From Acidobacteriota bacterium (GTDB lineage: Bacteria > Acidobacteriota > UBA6911 > RPQK01 > JAJDTT01): a DNA stretch of 64,000 bases. The first letter of the stretch is position 1. Each line of letters opens with the position of its first letter. The notes beneath the pieces were generated by a model. That model did no database searches, had not been told where the DNA came from, and saw only the letters and a list, made by a program, of their open reading frames with translations. The position numbers and the translations under genes are program-made. The DNA is taken from positions 2,656,001-2,720,000 of the forward strand of contig CBDCJH010000002.1 in assembly GCA_965217775.1 (NCBI GenBank), read 5' to 3'. Below, in pieces: positions 19,593-28,072 of this stretch.

Positions 19593-20723
19593 ATGAAACG
19601 CCAACAAATCTCCAGACGAAGAGCTCTCAGCGGACTGGCGGCGCTGGCCGCCGTTCCCGGCAACGCCAACCGGGTTTGGGCTGGATCGGAAGAGCCCATC
19701 TCGGCGGGAGTGCTGACCGAGGCGACGGGCGGCCACCTCCGCAGTTACCTGCAAGGGTTCGCGAGCGCCCGCGGCGTGGGCCGTATAGCGGTCTCGGACC
19801 CGACCGGGAAGAAGTTCGACCAGGCCAAGTCCATCCTGGGCGATCGGTTGGAGGGTCTCTATCGGAGCCACCGGGAAATGTTGCAGAAGGCCCGGCCCAA
19901 GCTTGTGGTGGTGACGCTGGAAGGCCATCACTCCCCTCCTGCCATCCGAATGGCGCTGGAGGCCGGCTGTCACGTCATCACCGAGAAGCCGGGCTGCGCC
20001 CGTTTGGAAGACTTCGAGCCGCTGGTGCCGCTGGCCCAGTCGCAAAAAAAGGAGCTGATGCTGGCCATGTCGACGCGGGTGAGTCAGGCGATACGGAAGG
20101 CCCGTGAGCTCATCCGAAAGGGCTACCTGGGAAAACCCTACTCGGCCACCATGGACTGGATCGCGGACCAGACCCGGCTGACCCGCCCCGAATACCATGG
20201 CTTGTGGGTGGCATCCAAGGCCAAGGCGGGGGGCGGGAAGCTCATTTACCACGGCATCCACTACCTGGACGTCCTGCAGTACCTGATCGAAGACAGGATC
20301 GACCGGATCTCGGCCCTCTGCGAGAACGTGGGAGGTCAACCCATCGAAGTGGAGGACGCCGCCGTCGTCACGTTTCGCATGCGTGGAGGATTGGTCGGCA
20401 CGCTCAACGCCGGCTACTACCTGGACCGCTTCTACCAGAACCAGATCCGGCTCTGGGGTTCCAAGGGCTGGATGCACTTGGACCTGCCCTCGGGCGACCC
20501 CCTGAAGTGGTACTCGACCCACCCCGACGCTCCCCGGGGAGTCCAACTCTTCTACTATCAGGACGACCCCGACCTGTACGGAACCCTGATCCAGGCCGCC
20601 GTGGATTTCACCCGGGGGCAGGCCCCGCCCCCCATGACCGCCCAGGAGTGCCTGCACCTGATGCGGGTGATTTTCGCCGGCTACCGGTCCGCCGAGACCG
20701 GACGAACCCAGGATCTGGGCTGA
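19593..20723 (+). CDS. Tat-exported Gfo/Idh/MocA oxidoreductase, tandem copy 2
   Basis: Same motifs as copy 1; roughly 90% amino-acid identity by manual comparison. Confidence 0.92.
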   Translation: MKRQQISRRRALSGLAALAAVPGNANRVWAGSEEPISAGVLTEATGGHLRSYLQGFASARGVGRIAVSDPTGKKFDQAKSILGDRLEGLYRSHREMLQKARPKLVVVTLEGHHSPPAIRMALEAGCHVITEKPGCARLEDFEPLVPLAQSQKKELMLAMSTRVSQAIRKARELIRKGYLGKPYSATMDWIADQTRLTRPEYHGLWVASKAKAGGGKLIYHGIHYLDVLQYLIEDRIDRISALCENVGGQPIEVEDAAVVTFRMRGGLVGTLNAGYYLDRFYQNQIRLWGSKGWMHLDLPSGDPLKWYSTHPDAPRGVQLFYYQDDPDLYGTLIQAAVDFTRGQAPPPMTAQECLHLMRVIFAGYRSAETGRTQDLG

Positions 20724-20888
20724 CAAGCGGCGACGTGGAGTATCCATGTTGCAAGTGGTGGGTGCTAATCGGTGTTTCCATCCGGGTGCACGACACGAAA
20801 GTGATGCTGGTGGTGGAGGCCAGACAACGTCAGAGATTGGGCTTAGATTGTCTGTCAGTTGCTATAACTGTCAGAGAGGAGTGTGCCC

Positions 20889-21308
20889 ATGTCTCCAGGC
20901 GTTTCCCCTCAGCCCCAGCTTCAACGACGTCGCCAGCAGTTGCTGCAGGCCTTGCTCGAACTCGGTGATCTCCGGCCCGGGTCCCTGGTGGCCCGTTACC
21001 GCCGTTGCGGCAAGCCCAACTGTCACTGCGCCCAGCCCGGCGACCGGGGCCACGGGCCCAGTTTCTCCTTGACCCGTCGCGTGGCGGGCAAGACCGTGAC
21101 CAAGATCATTCCCCCGGGGCCGGCCGTCCAACGGACTCGAGAGCAGATCGGCGAGTATCGCCGGTTGCGGAGCTTGGTGAAGGAGTTGGTGGAGGTCAGC
21201 GAGCAGATTTGCCAGGCTAAGCTGGACGCCTCTCCGGCCCGGAAGGGCCAAAAAAAGGGCTCCAAAAAACGCTGGCCCAAGAAATCCAGCGAGAAGTCCG
21301 GACCCTGA
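20889..21308 (+). CDS. DUF6788-type IS accessory ORF (orf1 of the ISKra4-like element)
   Basis: GSLVARYRRCGKPNCHCA...GHGP motif; GAGGAG RBS; ends after an A_AAA_AAG slippery site at 21251-21257. Confidence 0.8.
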   Translation: MSPGVSPQPQLQRRRQQLLQALLELGDLRPGSLVARYRRCGKPNCHCAQPGDRGHGPSFSLTRRVAGKTVTKIIPPGPAVQRTREQIGEYRRLRSLVKELVEVSEQICQAKLDASPARKGQKKGSKKRWPKKSSEKSGP

Positions 21309-22601
21309 TGGGACCCGCGGCCGCCGCCGCCCTGGACTTTGAAGCGCTTGAGACAGCCCTCCGGCGTCAAGTCCTCGAGCTGGCGGCCCGGACGGTGGAA
21401 ACGCATCTGAACCAGGATCATTCCGACGCCACTCCCCGCCACAACTGCTCCTGTGGAGGGAGCGCGCGCTACGCGGGTCGGCGGACCAAACAGTTCGTCA
21501 CCGTGCTGGGACCGATGCGATTGGCGCGCGCCTACTATCACTGCGGGGATTGCAGCCATGGCTTCTGTCCCCGAGATCGAGCGCTGGGACTGGAGGGGAG
21601 TTCTTTGTCTCCCGCCCTGATGCGGATGGTGGGGGCAGTTGCCTCCATGGTCAGCTTTCAGGAAAGCAGTCAGTTGTTGCAGGAGTTGGCCGGAGTGGAC
21701 GTGGGGACCAAACAGGTGCAGCGGTCGGCCCAGGCTCTGGGAGAGCAAGTCGCGGGCTATGAACGCCAGACCCGGGAGCCCGACTCGGGGCTCCCTTTGC
21801 CCTCGACGCTCTATCTGGGCCTGGACGGCACCGGGGTGCCGATGCGATCGACCGAGGTGCAGGGGCGGGCGGGCAAACAGCCTGATGGGTCGGCCCGAAC
21901 CCGCGAAGCCAAGCTCTGTACGGTCTGGAGTGCCGAGCGACGGGACGCCCAGGGTCGGCCCCAGCGCGACCCGCACTCGGTCACCTACACCGCGGCCATC
22001 GAGAGCGCCGCCACCCTGGATACGGACCCCCAGCTTTCGGAGTTCGCGAGAGCGAGTCGAGCGCGAAAGCCAACGACGCCGTTTTGGGCAAGCGCCACGG
22101 CAAGTCGTCCTGGGAGACGGAGCGAGGTGGATCTGGAATCTCTCCGGCGAGCTCTTCCCGGAGGCGGTGCAGATTGTCGATCGTTTTCACGCCAAAGAGC
22201 GACTCCATACGCTCTCGAAGAGTCTGTATGCCGACCGCCAGTCCGGGCAGGAGTGGGCCCAACAACGTTGCGCGGAACTCGATGCCGGTCGGATCGAGAC
22301 CCTCCTGTCGGTCCTCGCCACCGAGGCCTCTCACCACGAGGAGGGAAAAGCGGCCTGCACCTATTTCCAAGAGCATCGACATCGTATGCGTTACGCGCAG
22401 TTCGAGGCCCAGGGACTCTGCACCTCAACCGGGGTGGTGGAAGCCGGATGCAAAAACGCCATCGGGGCACGACTCAAACGTTCCGGGATGCATTGGAGTG
22501 TGCGGGGAGCTAATTCGATCATGGCCCTTCGGTGCGTTCGACTCAGTGGACGTTTTGAGGACTTCTGGGAATGGCGAGCCAATTCCAAAGCCGCAGCTTG
22601 A
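21251..22601 (+). pseudogene. ISKra4/UPF0236 transposase with an internal 1-nt frameshift near 22049
   Basis: One frame gives RAYYHC..C, GLDGTGVPMR, REAK...SEFA. The next frame continues ERVERE, LGDGARWIW, VDRFHAKE, TGVVEAGCK, RLKRSGMHWS. GCG-A-GAG carries one extra base. Could be an assembly error. Confidence 0.8.
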
Positions 22602-22824
22602 CCCGGTCGTCACTTTTTTGTCGTGCACCCTTTCCATCCCGTGTCGTTAGTGCGTGATCTGTCCGGTCCAAGAGGCACAGGGTTAGGAGGAGCGTTCTTC
22701 CGCCGGAGGTGAGGCGGAGATCGGACTGGATCCGCCGGGCGCCGTGCAGGGGGCGATGAGTGGACCGATCAACTGGATCGAGGGGCCTGAGATCGTCGAC
22801 GTCAGTCCTCCGGGAGGTCCGGAT

Positions 22825-22907
22825 ACGCCCTGGGGAGCGTCGGGTCAAGCCTCCGGCTCCTCCGCTTCGCTGCGCCCCTTCGGGTGACCCGACGCTCCCC
22901 AGGGCGT
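22825..22907. repeat. Perfect 23-bp inverted repeat with a 37-nt loop inside the IS110 right end
   Basis: ACGCCCTGGGGAGCGTCGGGTCA (22825-22847) / TGACCCGACGCTCCCCAGGGCGT (22885-22907). Confidence 0.9.
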
Positions 22908-23020
22908 GAAGAGCTTTCATGGCCGTAAGCAAGCTTCCGGCCAGGCCTGACCGGAAGTTCTACAGACGTTCCTTGGGGGACCCGACACGTCCCCTCTCCT
23001 CCTCGGGTCGCTCCGTGGGC

Positions 23021-23968
23021 TCAGGAGACCACGCGGGGTGCGACGGGCAACCAGGTGCGGTCCTGCCGGACGAGGGTGTTGGCCAGGACGATGAGCTTGC
23101 GCATGACGGCGACGAGGGCCACCTTGCCGGGCTTGCCGCGCTCTCTCAGCCTCCGGTACACCTCGGCCAAGTCGGGGTTCCAGCGCAGGGCGGACACCGC
23201 CGGCATGTACAGGAGCCGTCGCGCCCGCGCCCGTCCGCCCCGGATGAACGCCCGGCCCTGCCAAGCCCCCGACTCGCGCGGAACGGCGGCCAACCCGGCC
23301 AGACTGGCGGCGGCCTTGCCGCTGAGGGCGCCCAACTCGGGCATCTCGGCCAGCAGACCGGCGGCGGTGGTGGCCGCGATCCCCGGGATGGAGGTGAGGA
23401 TCTCCAACTTGCGGGCCCGCGCCTCGTCAGCCGCGATCAGCGTCTGCATTTTGCGGTCGATGATACGCACGTGGCGCTCGAACATGTTGATCTGGGTCTG
23501 GTGCTGCTGTTTCAACACGGGTTCGCGGAGCTGTCGGCGGCGGTTGAGCGTGGCCGTGCGCTGGCGCATCAGCCCGTCCCGGACCATCTGCAGTTCCTGG
23601 AGCCGGCGTTGCGTTTTCGATGGCGCCGGGGTCCGGCGCGGATCCAGGCTGGCGGCCAACTGGGCCAGTTTCCGAGCGTCTACGGCGTCGGTCTTGGCAC
23701 GGCTCCCGGTCGCCTCGGCGAAGCGCCGCGCCTGCCAGGGGTTCACCTTCGCCAGCGGCAGCTTCGCTTTGGACAGCGCTTCCTCGAGGTCCCGGTGGTA
23801 GGGGCCGGTGGCCTCGTAGACGACGCACTCGACCGGAGTTCCGATCCAATCGATCAGCGCCCGGAAGCCGGCCGGGTCATTGTCGAACTGGGCGGAATGG
23901 CCGTCGGCCAGCCGGTGCGCGTCCAGGTGCGCTTTCGAGATGTCGATGCCTACGGTATGCTGTTTCAT
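23021..23968 (-). CDS. IS110 family transposase/recombinase (DEDD RuvC-like + Tnp domain), apparently intact
   Basis: GIDISK, YEATGPY, KTDAVDA, SIPGIA, PRESG (catalytic Ser), GGR, AVMRKL; RBS AGGAG. Confidence 0.96.
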   Translation of the reverse strand: MKQHTVGIDISKAHLDAHRLADGHSAQFDNDPAGFRALIDWIGTPVECVVYEATGPYHRDLEEALSKAKLPLAKVNPWQARRFAEATGSRAKTDAVDARKLAQLAASLDPRRTPAPSKTQRRLQELQMVRDGLMRQRTATLNRRRQLREPVLKQQHQTQINMFERHVRIIDRKMQTLIAADEARARKLEILTSIPGIAATTAAGLLAEMPELGALSGKAAASLAGLAAVPRESGAWQGRAFIRGGRARARRLLYMPAVSALRWNPDLAEVYRRLRERGKPGKVALVAVMRKLIVLANTLVRQDRTWLPVAPRVVS

Positions 23969-23974
23969 CTTTCC

Positions 23975-24135
23975 TGTCTCCTGTGCTTGTCATTCGGGCC
24001 TTGATGCCCTTGTATCCATTCAGGACATCGGGAAAGACGGTGGCCGACCTCACTCCCAAACGGTTCGTAATGGTCCGCGGCGGTACGGTCCAGCCACCGC
24101 CGTCCGGGTCGCTCATGAGCGACCCGGACGGGCCT
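23975..24135 (-). ncRNA. Predicted IS110 bridge RNA (5' hairpin, target-binding loop, donor-binding loop); ends approximate
   Basis: Minus-strand order: perfect hairpin 24100-24131; ACCGCCGC (24084-24077, left target + core C); TGGGAG (24058-24053, complementary to core + right target); ATGGATAC (24019-24012, left donor + core C); GACAAG (23991-23986, complementary to donor CTTGTC). Confidence 0.82.
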
Positions 24136-24150
24136 ATTTAAACAGACAAG

Positions 24151-24294
24151 CGGCGGTTTCCAACCGCCGACCAGGGGGGCAGGGGGGACGGAGTCCCCAC
24201 TCTACACTTTCCGGTCACCGAATCGCGTAGCAGCACAGAAGAATGGGGGACTAGAAGTCCCCTCCCAGTGGGCGACAAGAAAGTCACCCCTCCA
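24151..24294. repeat. Remainder of the interrupted REP plus two inverted REP units
   Basis: CGGCGGTTTCCAACCGCCG..., GGGGGACTAGAAGTCCCCTCCCA, GGGCGACAAGAAAGTCACCCCTCCA. Confidence 0.8.
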
Positions 24295-24381
24295 GCGCGT
24301 CCGCGTTACAATGCGGAGATTGGGGTTGGCCGATCGACGCTTTCCGCGGCTTCCGCCGGAGCGTCCTCACTGGAGCCGAGC

Positions 24382-24737
24382 GTGTCTCACCGATGGAATG
24401 ACTGGCTCGCACAGTCGGAACACGATCTCGGGCAGGCCGTCGCTTCGCGGCGCACCAAGCCGGTGAGAAGGCGGTGAAGGCACTCCACTTGGCTCAGGGC
24501 CAGAAAGCTCGGGGTCCCGTCATATCGAGGCTATTGAGCCAACTCTCTCCACATCCGCCCACCGAGTTGATCGACCGGGCACGGATTCTGGACAATTACT
24601 ATGTCGCGGCCCGGTATCCGCACGGACACGCGGACGGTCCGGCCTTCGAACACTACGGATCGCTCCAGAGCTCTCAGGCCGTTACACATGCCCGTAACCT
24701 CCTCGACTTCGTAAACAAGGCGTTGGCCAACGCCTGA
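24382..24737 (+). pseudogene. HEPN-domain protein, frameshifted by an internal deletion; no MNT partner seen
   Basis: VSHRWNDWLAQSEHDLGQAVASRR in one frame, then FAAHQAGEKAVKALH...LDNYYVAARYPHGH in another. The usual HEWAC-like segment is missing at GCTTCGCGGCG (24442-24452). Confidence 0.8.
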
Positions 24738-24896
24738 AATCTTGCCTAAGACACTACGGGAGCGGTCCGCCGTCCAAGTGCCCGGTCGGTAAGGATACGC
24801 CGCGCGCTCGGGGGAGAAGCTGACGCAGGCCGTCGGATGGAGCCGCCCACCGCGTCGATGGGACGCCGGATCATGGCCATGGACCGCTGCGGGAAG

Positions 24897-25691
24897 TCAC
24901 GCCGGCAAGCGGGTGCGAGCCGGCTTTTCGCCGGTTCGCAGCCAGTGGACGATGTCCTTCGTCCGCATTACATAGCCCCAGACCCGGCCGAAGAGGATCT
25001 GCACGGCTTCGGCGCTGCCGGCGTCGAAACCGGCGCAGGCGTCGGCGGCCATGATGACGTGGAATCCCCGGTCCGCGGCGTCGATGGCCGTGGCCAGGAC
25101 GCACTGATCCGTCGCCAGACCGGTCAAGACCAGGGTCTCCACCTTCATGTTGCGCAGGAGGAGATCCATGGGTGCGCTGTGGAAGGCGCTGCTGGTGTTC
25201 TTGTCCAGGACCAGATCTCCCCTCCGGGGCGCCACCTGATCCAGGATCTCGTGTCCCGGATCCCCGCGAACCGCCATATGGCCCGATGAGCCGTCGCCGG
25301 AGCAGATTGCTACCTCCTCCCGCCCCCGCCGCCGGACGATCAGGTCTGGGCCGCCCGGCAAGAAAGCGCCATGGCGCGTGTACACCACCGGCCGGTCCCG
25401 CTCCCTGAAGGCGGCGAGAAGTTGCCGGATATTGGCCACCATTCGCTCCGCTTGAAGCGAGAAATCGTTGAAGACCGGGCTGCCGCTGGACTTCACGGTG
25501 TGGGCCAGATGGCCTTCGCTGTCCAGGGCGTAGTGCTGAACGTCGATCACACCCAGTGCGCACGACTCGGGACGGATCGGGAGCTCGAAGCCGAACCCCG
25601 CCTGCGGCCAGTCCCGGTCGTCGACCAGTGTGATCTGCTTTCCAGCCAAGAACGCCTCCGGAGAGGGTCTCCTTATATCAGACCCGGACAA
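24897..25691 (-). CDS. Isochorismatase-family cysteine hydrolase
   Basis: GVIDVQ, DKNTSSAF, TGLATDQCVLATAIDAADRGF. Start uncertain. Confidence 0.9.
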   Translation of the reverse strand: MSGSDIRRPSPEAFLAGKQITLVDDRDWPQAGFGFELPIRPESCALGVIDVQHYALDSEGHLAHTVKSSGSPVFNDFSLQAERMVANIRQLLAAFRERDRPVVYTRHGAFLPGGPDLIVRRRGREEVAICSGDGSSGHMAVRGDPGHEILDQVAPRRGDLVLDKNTSSAFHSAPMDLLLRNMKVETLVLTGLATDQCVLATAIDAADRGFHVIMAADACAGFDAGSAEAVQILFGRVWGYVMRTKDIVHWLRTGEKPARTRLPA

Positions 25692-25849
25692 CCCGTTGAA
25701 GGAACGGATTCAACATTGATTCCGGTGCAAGGCGGGCCGGATCGGAAACTGGTGACGAAGCCCTTCTGAAGGTCTGCTACAATCCCCTCCCAGACAGGCA
25801 GTCCCCATTCGAACGAGGGAAAGAGGCCTGATAAAGGAGGACTTTGGCG

Positions 25850-26695
25850 ATGGGACGTCACATTTTTGTCAGCCTGAGCGCCGCGTTGCTGGTTGGCCTC
25901 TTCGCATGGTCGCCCGGTGCGGCGCAGGACAGCGTGTTCCCGGACAAGAACCTCGAGGCGGCGGTCCGGACCCAGGTGTTCGAGAAACGGAATACCGAAG
26001 AGCCTCTGAACAAGGAGGACGCCACCAAGGTCTACGTCCTGAAAGCCAAGGGCAAGGAGATCAAGGATCTCACCGGGCTCGAGTACTGCATCTCGCTGGG
26101 GGAAGTCGACCTCTCCGACAACCAGATCACCGACATCGGCCCCGTCAAGGCATTGGAGAACCTCCAATCCCTGGATCTCTCCGGCAACCGGATCACCGAC
26201 CTCTCCCCGCTGGCCGAACTCACCAAGCTTCAATACCTCGGACTGTCCCGGAACCGGATCGCCGACGTGGCGCCCCTGGCCAAGCTGGTCAACCTCAACG
26301 CCCTCTACCTGGCCGGCAACCAGATCACCGACATCACGCCTCTGAAGGACGTCCAGAAGGTCTGGTCCCTCTATCTGGGGGGCAATCCTCTCCGGAACAT
26401 GAGTGTCCTGGGCGGGTTGCGCTGGGTCTCGACCCTGGATCTGCGAGGGTGCGGCATCAGCGACGTCTCCCCGCTCAAAGGCCTGAAGGAGCTGAGCATG
26501 CTCTTCCTGGAGGACAACAAGATCGCCGACCTCGGTCCTCTGGTTGAGATGATTCGGGAAGACGCCGAGGGTGAGAAGAGCTTCGCCCCGTTCCTGCGCC
26601 TTTACCTCAAGGGGAATCCTCTGAGCGACATGGCCAAAGACCAGCAACTCACTGCTCTGCAGAAGTGGGGCGTCCGGATCGATCCCGCCAACTGA
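25850..26695 (+). CDS. Secreted leucine-rich repeat (internalin-like) protein
   Basis: Signal peptide, FPDKNLEAAVR cap, 22-aa LxxLxLSxNxITDLSPL repeats, NPL cap. Confidence 0.92.
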   Translation: MGRHIFVSLSAALLVGLFAWSPGAAQDSVFPDKNLEAAVRTQVFEKRNTEEPLNKEDATKVYVLKAKGKEIKDLTGLEYCISLGEVDLSDNQITDIGPVKALENLQSLDLSGNRITDLSPLAELTKLQYLGLSRNRIADVAPLAKLVNLNALYLAGNQITDITPLKDVQKVWSLYLGGNPLRNMSVLGGLRWVSTLDLRGCGISDVSPLKGLKELSMLFLEDNKIADLGPLVEMIREDAEGEKSFAPFLRLYLKGNPLSDMAKDQQLTALQKWGVRIDPAN

Positions 26696-26719
26696 GTCCG
26701 GATCGGCGGGTCCGAGCCG

Positions 26720-28072
26720 TCAGAGCTCGGTCAGATCCCCCAACTTTCCATTGCTGTCTCCCAGAGACTCGGGTTGCAGTCCGACCCGGTCCAGTATGGA
26801 GAGGTAGAGGTTGGTCATGGGGGTCTCGTCGGGGAAACGAAGGTGGCGGCCCGGATGGATCTTGCCGTTCCCTTGGCCGGCCACCAGCACCGGCAGATCG
26901 TGATGCGTGTGCTTGTTGCCGTCGGCCAACCCGCTTCCATAGACGATGATGGAGTGGTCCAGCAGTGAACCGTCGCCGTCCGGCGTGGAACGGAGCCGGT
27001 CCAGGAAGTAGCCAAACTGCTCCATGTGATACCGGTTGATCTTGGTGATGTCCCGGATCTTGTCCTCGTTCCCCTGGTGATGGGTCAAGCCGTGGTGGGC
27101 ACCGGAGACGCCGATCTCCCGGTAGGTTCGATTGCTCCCTTCCATGCCGTACATGAAGGTGATGATACGGGTCATGTCGGTCTGGAAGGCCAGGACCTGC
27201 AGGTCGTACATCAAACGCACGTGCTCGGCAAAGTCGATGGGGATTCCGGCCGGACGGTCCAGACTGGGCGGGGCCACCTGAACCTCGTTCTCGGCCCGCT
27301 CGATCCTCTTTTCGATCTCACGGACGGCGTGCAGGTACTCGTCCAGCTTTCTCCGATCCGTGGGCCCCAAGTGGCTCTTGAGCTGCTGCGTGTCCTCCCG
27401 CACGAAATCCAGGATGCTCCTGCGGTAGCGCCGCTGCTTGGCCTGGTAGGCGGGATCCGTGTTCCGGTCCGCGGCGCCGAAGAGCCGTTCGAAGACCAGC
27501 CGCGGATTCACCTCGGGTGGCAGGGGGCTGGTCTCGCCGCGCCAGGCGACGCTGTTGCTGTAGGCGCAACTGTAGCCACTGTCGCAGTTCCCGGCCATAC
27601 GGCCATGATCGACCCCCAGTTCCAAAGACGGGAAGCGGGTCCGGTCGCCGATGGCTTGAGCCGCCACCTGGTCGACGGAGATGCCGTTCTTGATGTCCGC
27701 GCCCTTGGTCTTCTTGGGATGGACTCCCGTCAGATACGAAGCCGCCGCCCGCGCGTGGTCGCCGGGTCCGTCGCCCAGGGCGCGCCCGTTGTTCTGAGTG
27801 AGGCCCGAGAGCAGCATCCAGTCCTGGCGGGACGAGGCCAGCGGTTCCAGGATCTTTGGAATCTCGAATTTGGCGCCGTCGGCCGCCGGCGTCCAGCCTT
27901 CCATGATGATGCCGTTGGGCACGTAGGCGAAGCTGAGGCGGCAGGGGGCAGCCACCAGATCACGGCCCCGGCTGGCGAACGCCGGCGCCATGGCATCGAG
28001 CATGGGGAGGGCGACGGCAGTTCCCAATCCGCGCAGAAAGGTCCTTCGATGCAGATGTTTTCCGGTGATCAT
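26720..28072 (-). CDS. DUF1552 domain protein, Tat-exported
   Basis: RRTFLRG..ALPMLDAM, YVPNG, SVDQ, FERLF, LDEYL..VREIEKRI, HGLTHH, GNKHTH. Confidence 0.92.
   Translation of the reverse strand: MITGKHLHRRTFLRGLGTAVALPMLDAMAPAFASRGRDLVAAPCRLSFAYVPNGIIMEGWTPAADGAKFEIPKILEPLASSRQDWMLLSGLTQNNGRALGDGPGDHARAAASYLTGVHPKKTKGADIKNGISVDQVAAQAIGDRTRFPSLELGVDHGRMAGNCDSGYSCAYSNSVAWRGETSPLPPEVNPRLVFERLFGAADRNTDPAYQAKQRRYRRSILDFVREDTQQLKSHLGPTDRRKLDEYLHAVREIEKRIERAENEVQVAPPSLDRPAGIPIDFAEHVRLMYDLQVLAFQTDMTRIITFMYGMEGSNRTYREIGVSGAHHGLTHHQGNEDKIRDITKINRYHMEQFGYFLDRLRSTPDGDGSLLDHSIIVYGSGLADGNKHTHHDLPVLVAGQGNGKIHPGRHLRFPDETPMTNLYLSILDRVGLQPESLGDSNGKLGDLTEL

Larger units (their letters stand above)
20784..22630 (+). 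mobile_element. ISKra4-family (IS256-related) insertion sequence
   Basis: TIRs GGGTGCACGACACGAAAGTGA / TCACTTTTTTGTCGTGCACCC; 9-bp TSD TTTCCATCC at 20775-20783 and 22631-22639. Confidence 0.9.
20741..24150 (-). mobile_element. IS110-family element (bridge recombinase) inserted in a REP, with a nested IS in its right end
   Basis: Removing 20741-24150 restores GACGTGGAG|CGGCGGTTTCCAACCGCCGAC, as seen at 19344-19373. The AG (CT on minus) core is present at both junctions (20739-40 and 24149-50). No long TIR or TSD. Contains the IS110 recombinase. Confidence 0.9.

Noticed and set aside
20722-20732. GACAAGCGGCG resembles the IS110 left-end/target junction (24145-24155), a possible scar of an earlier event
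   Set aside because: The match is only 11 nt, overlaps the natural stop codon, and no other IS sequence is adjacent; it cannot be separated from chance.
22543-22932. 129-aa ORF in the IS110 right end as a cargo gene
   Set aside because: It runs through a long hairpin and across the nested IS boundary, has low-complexity composition and shows no motif.
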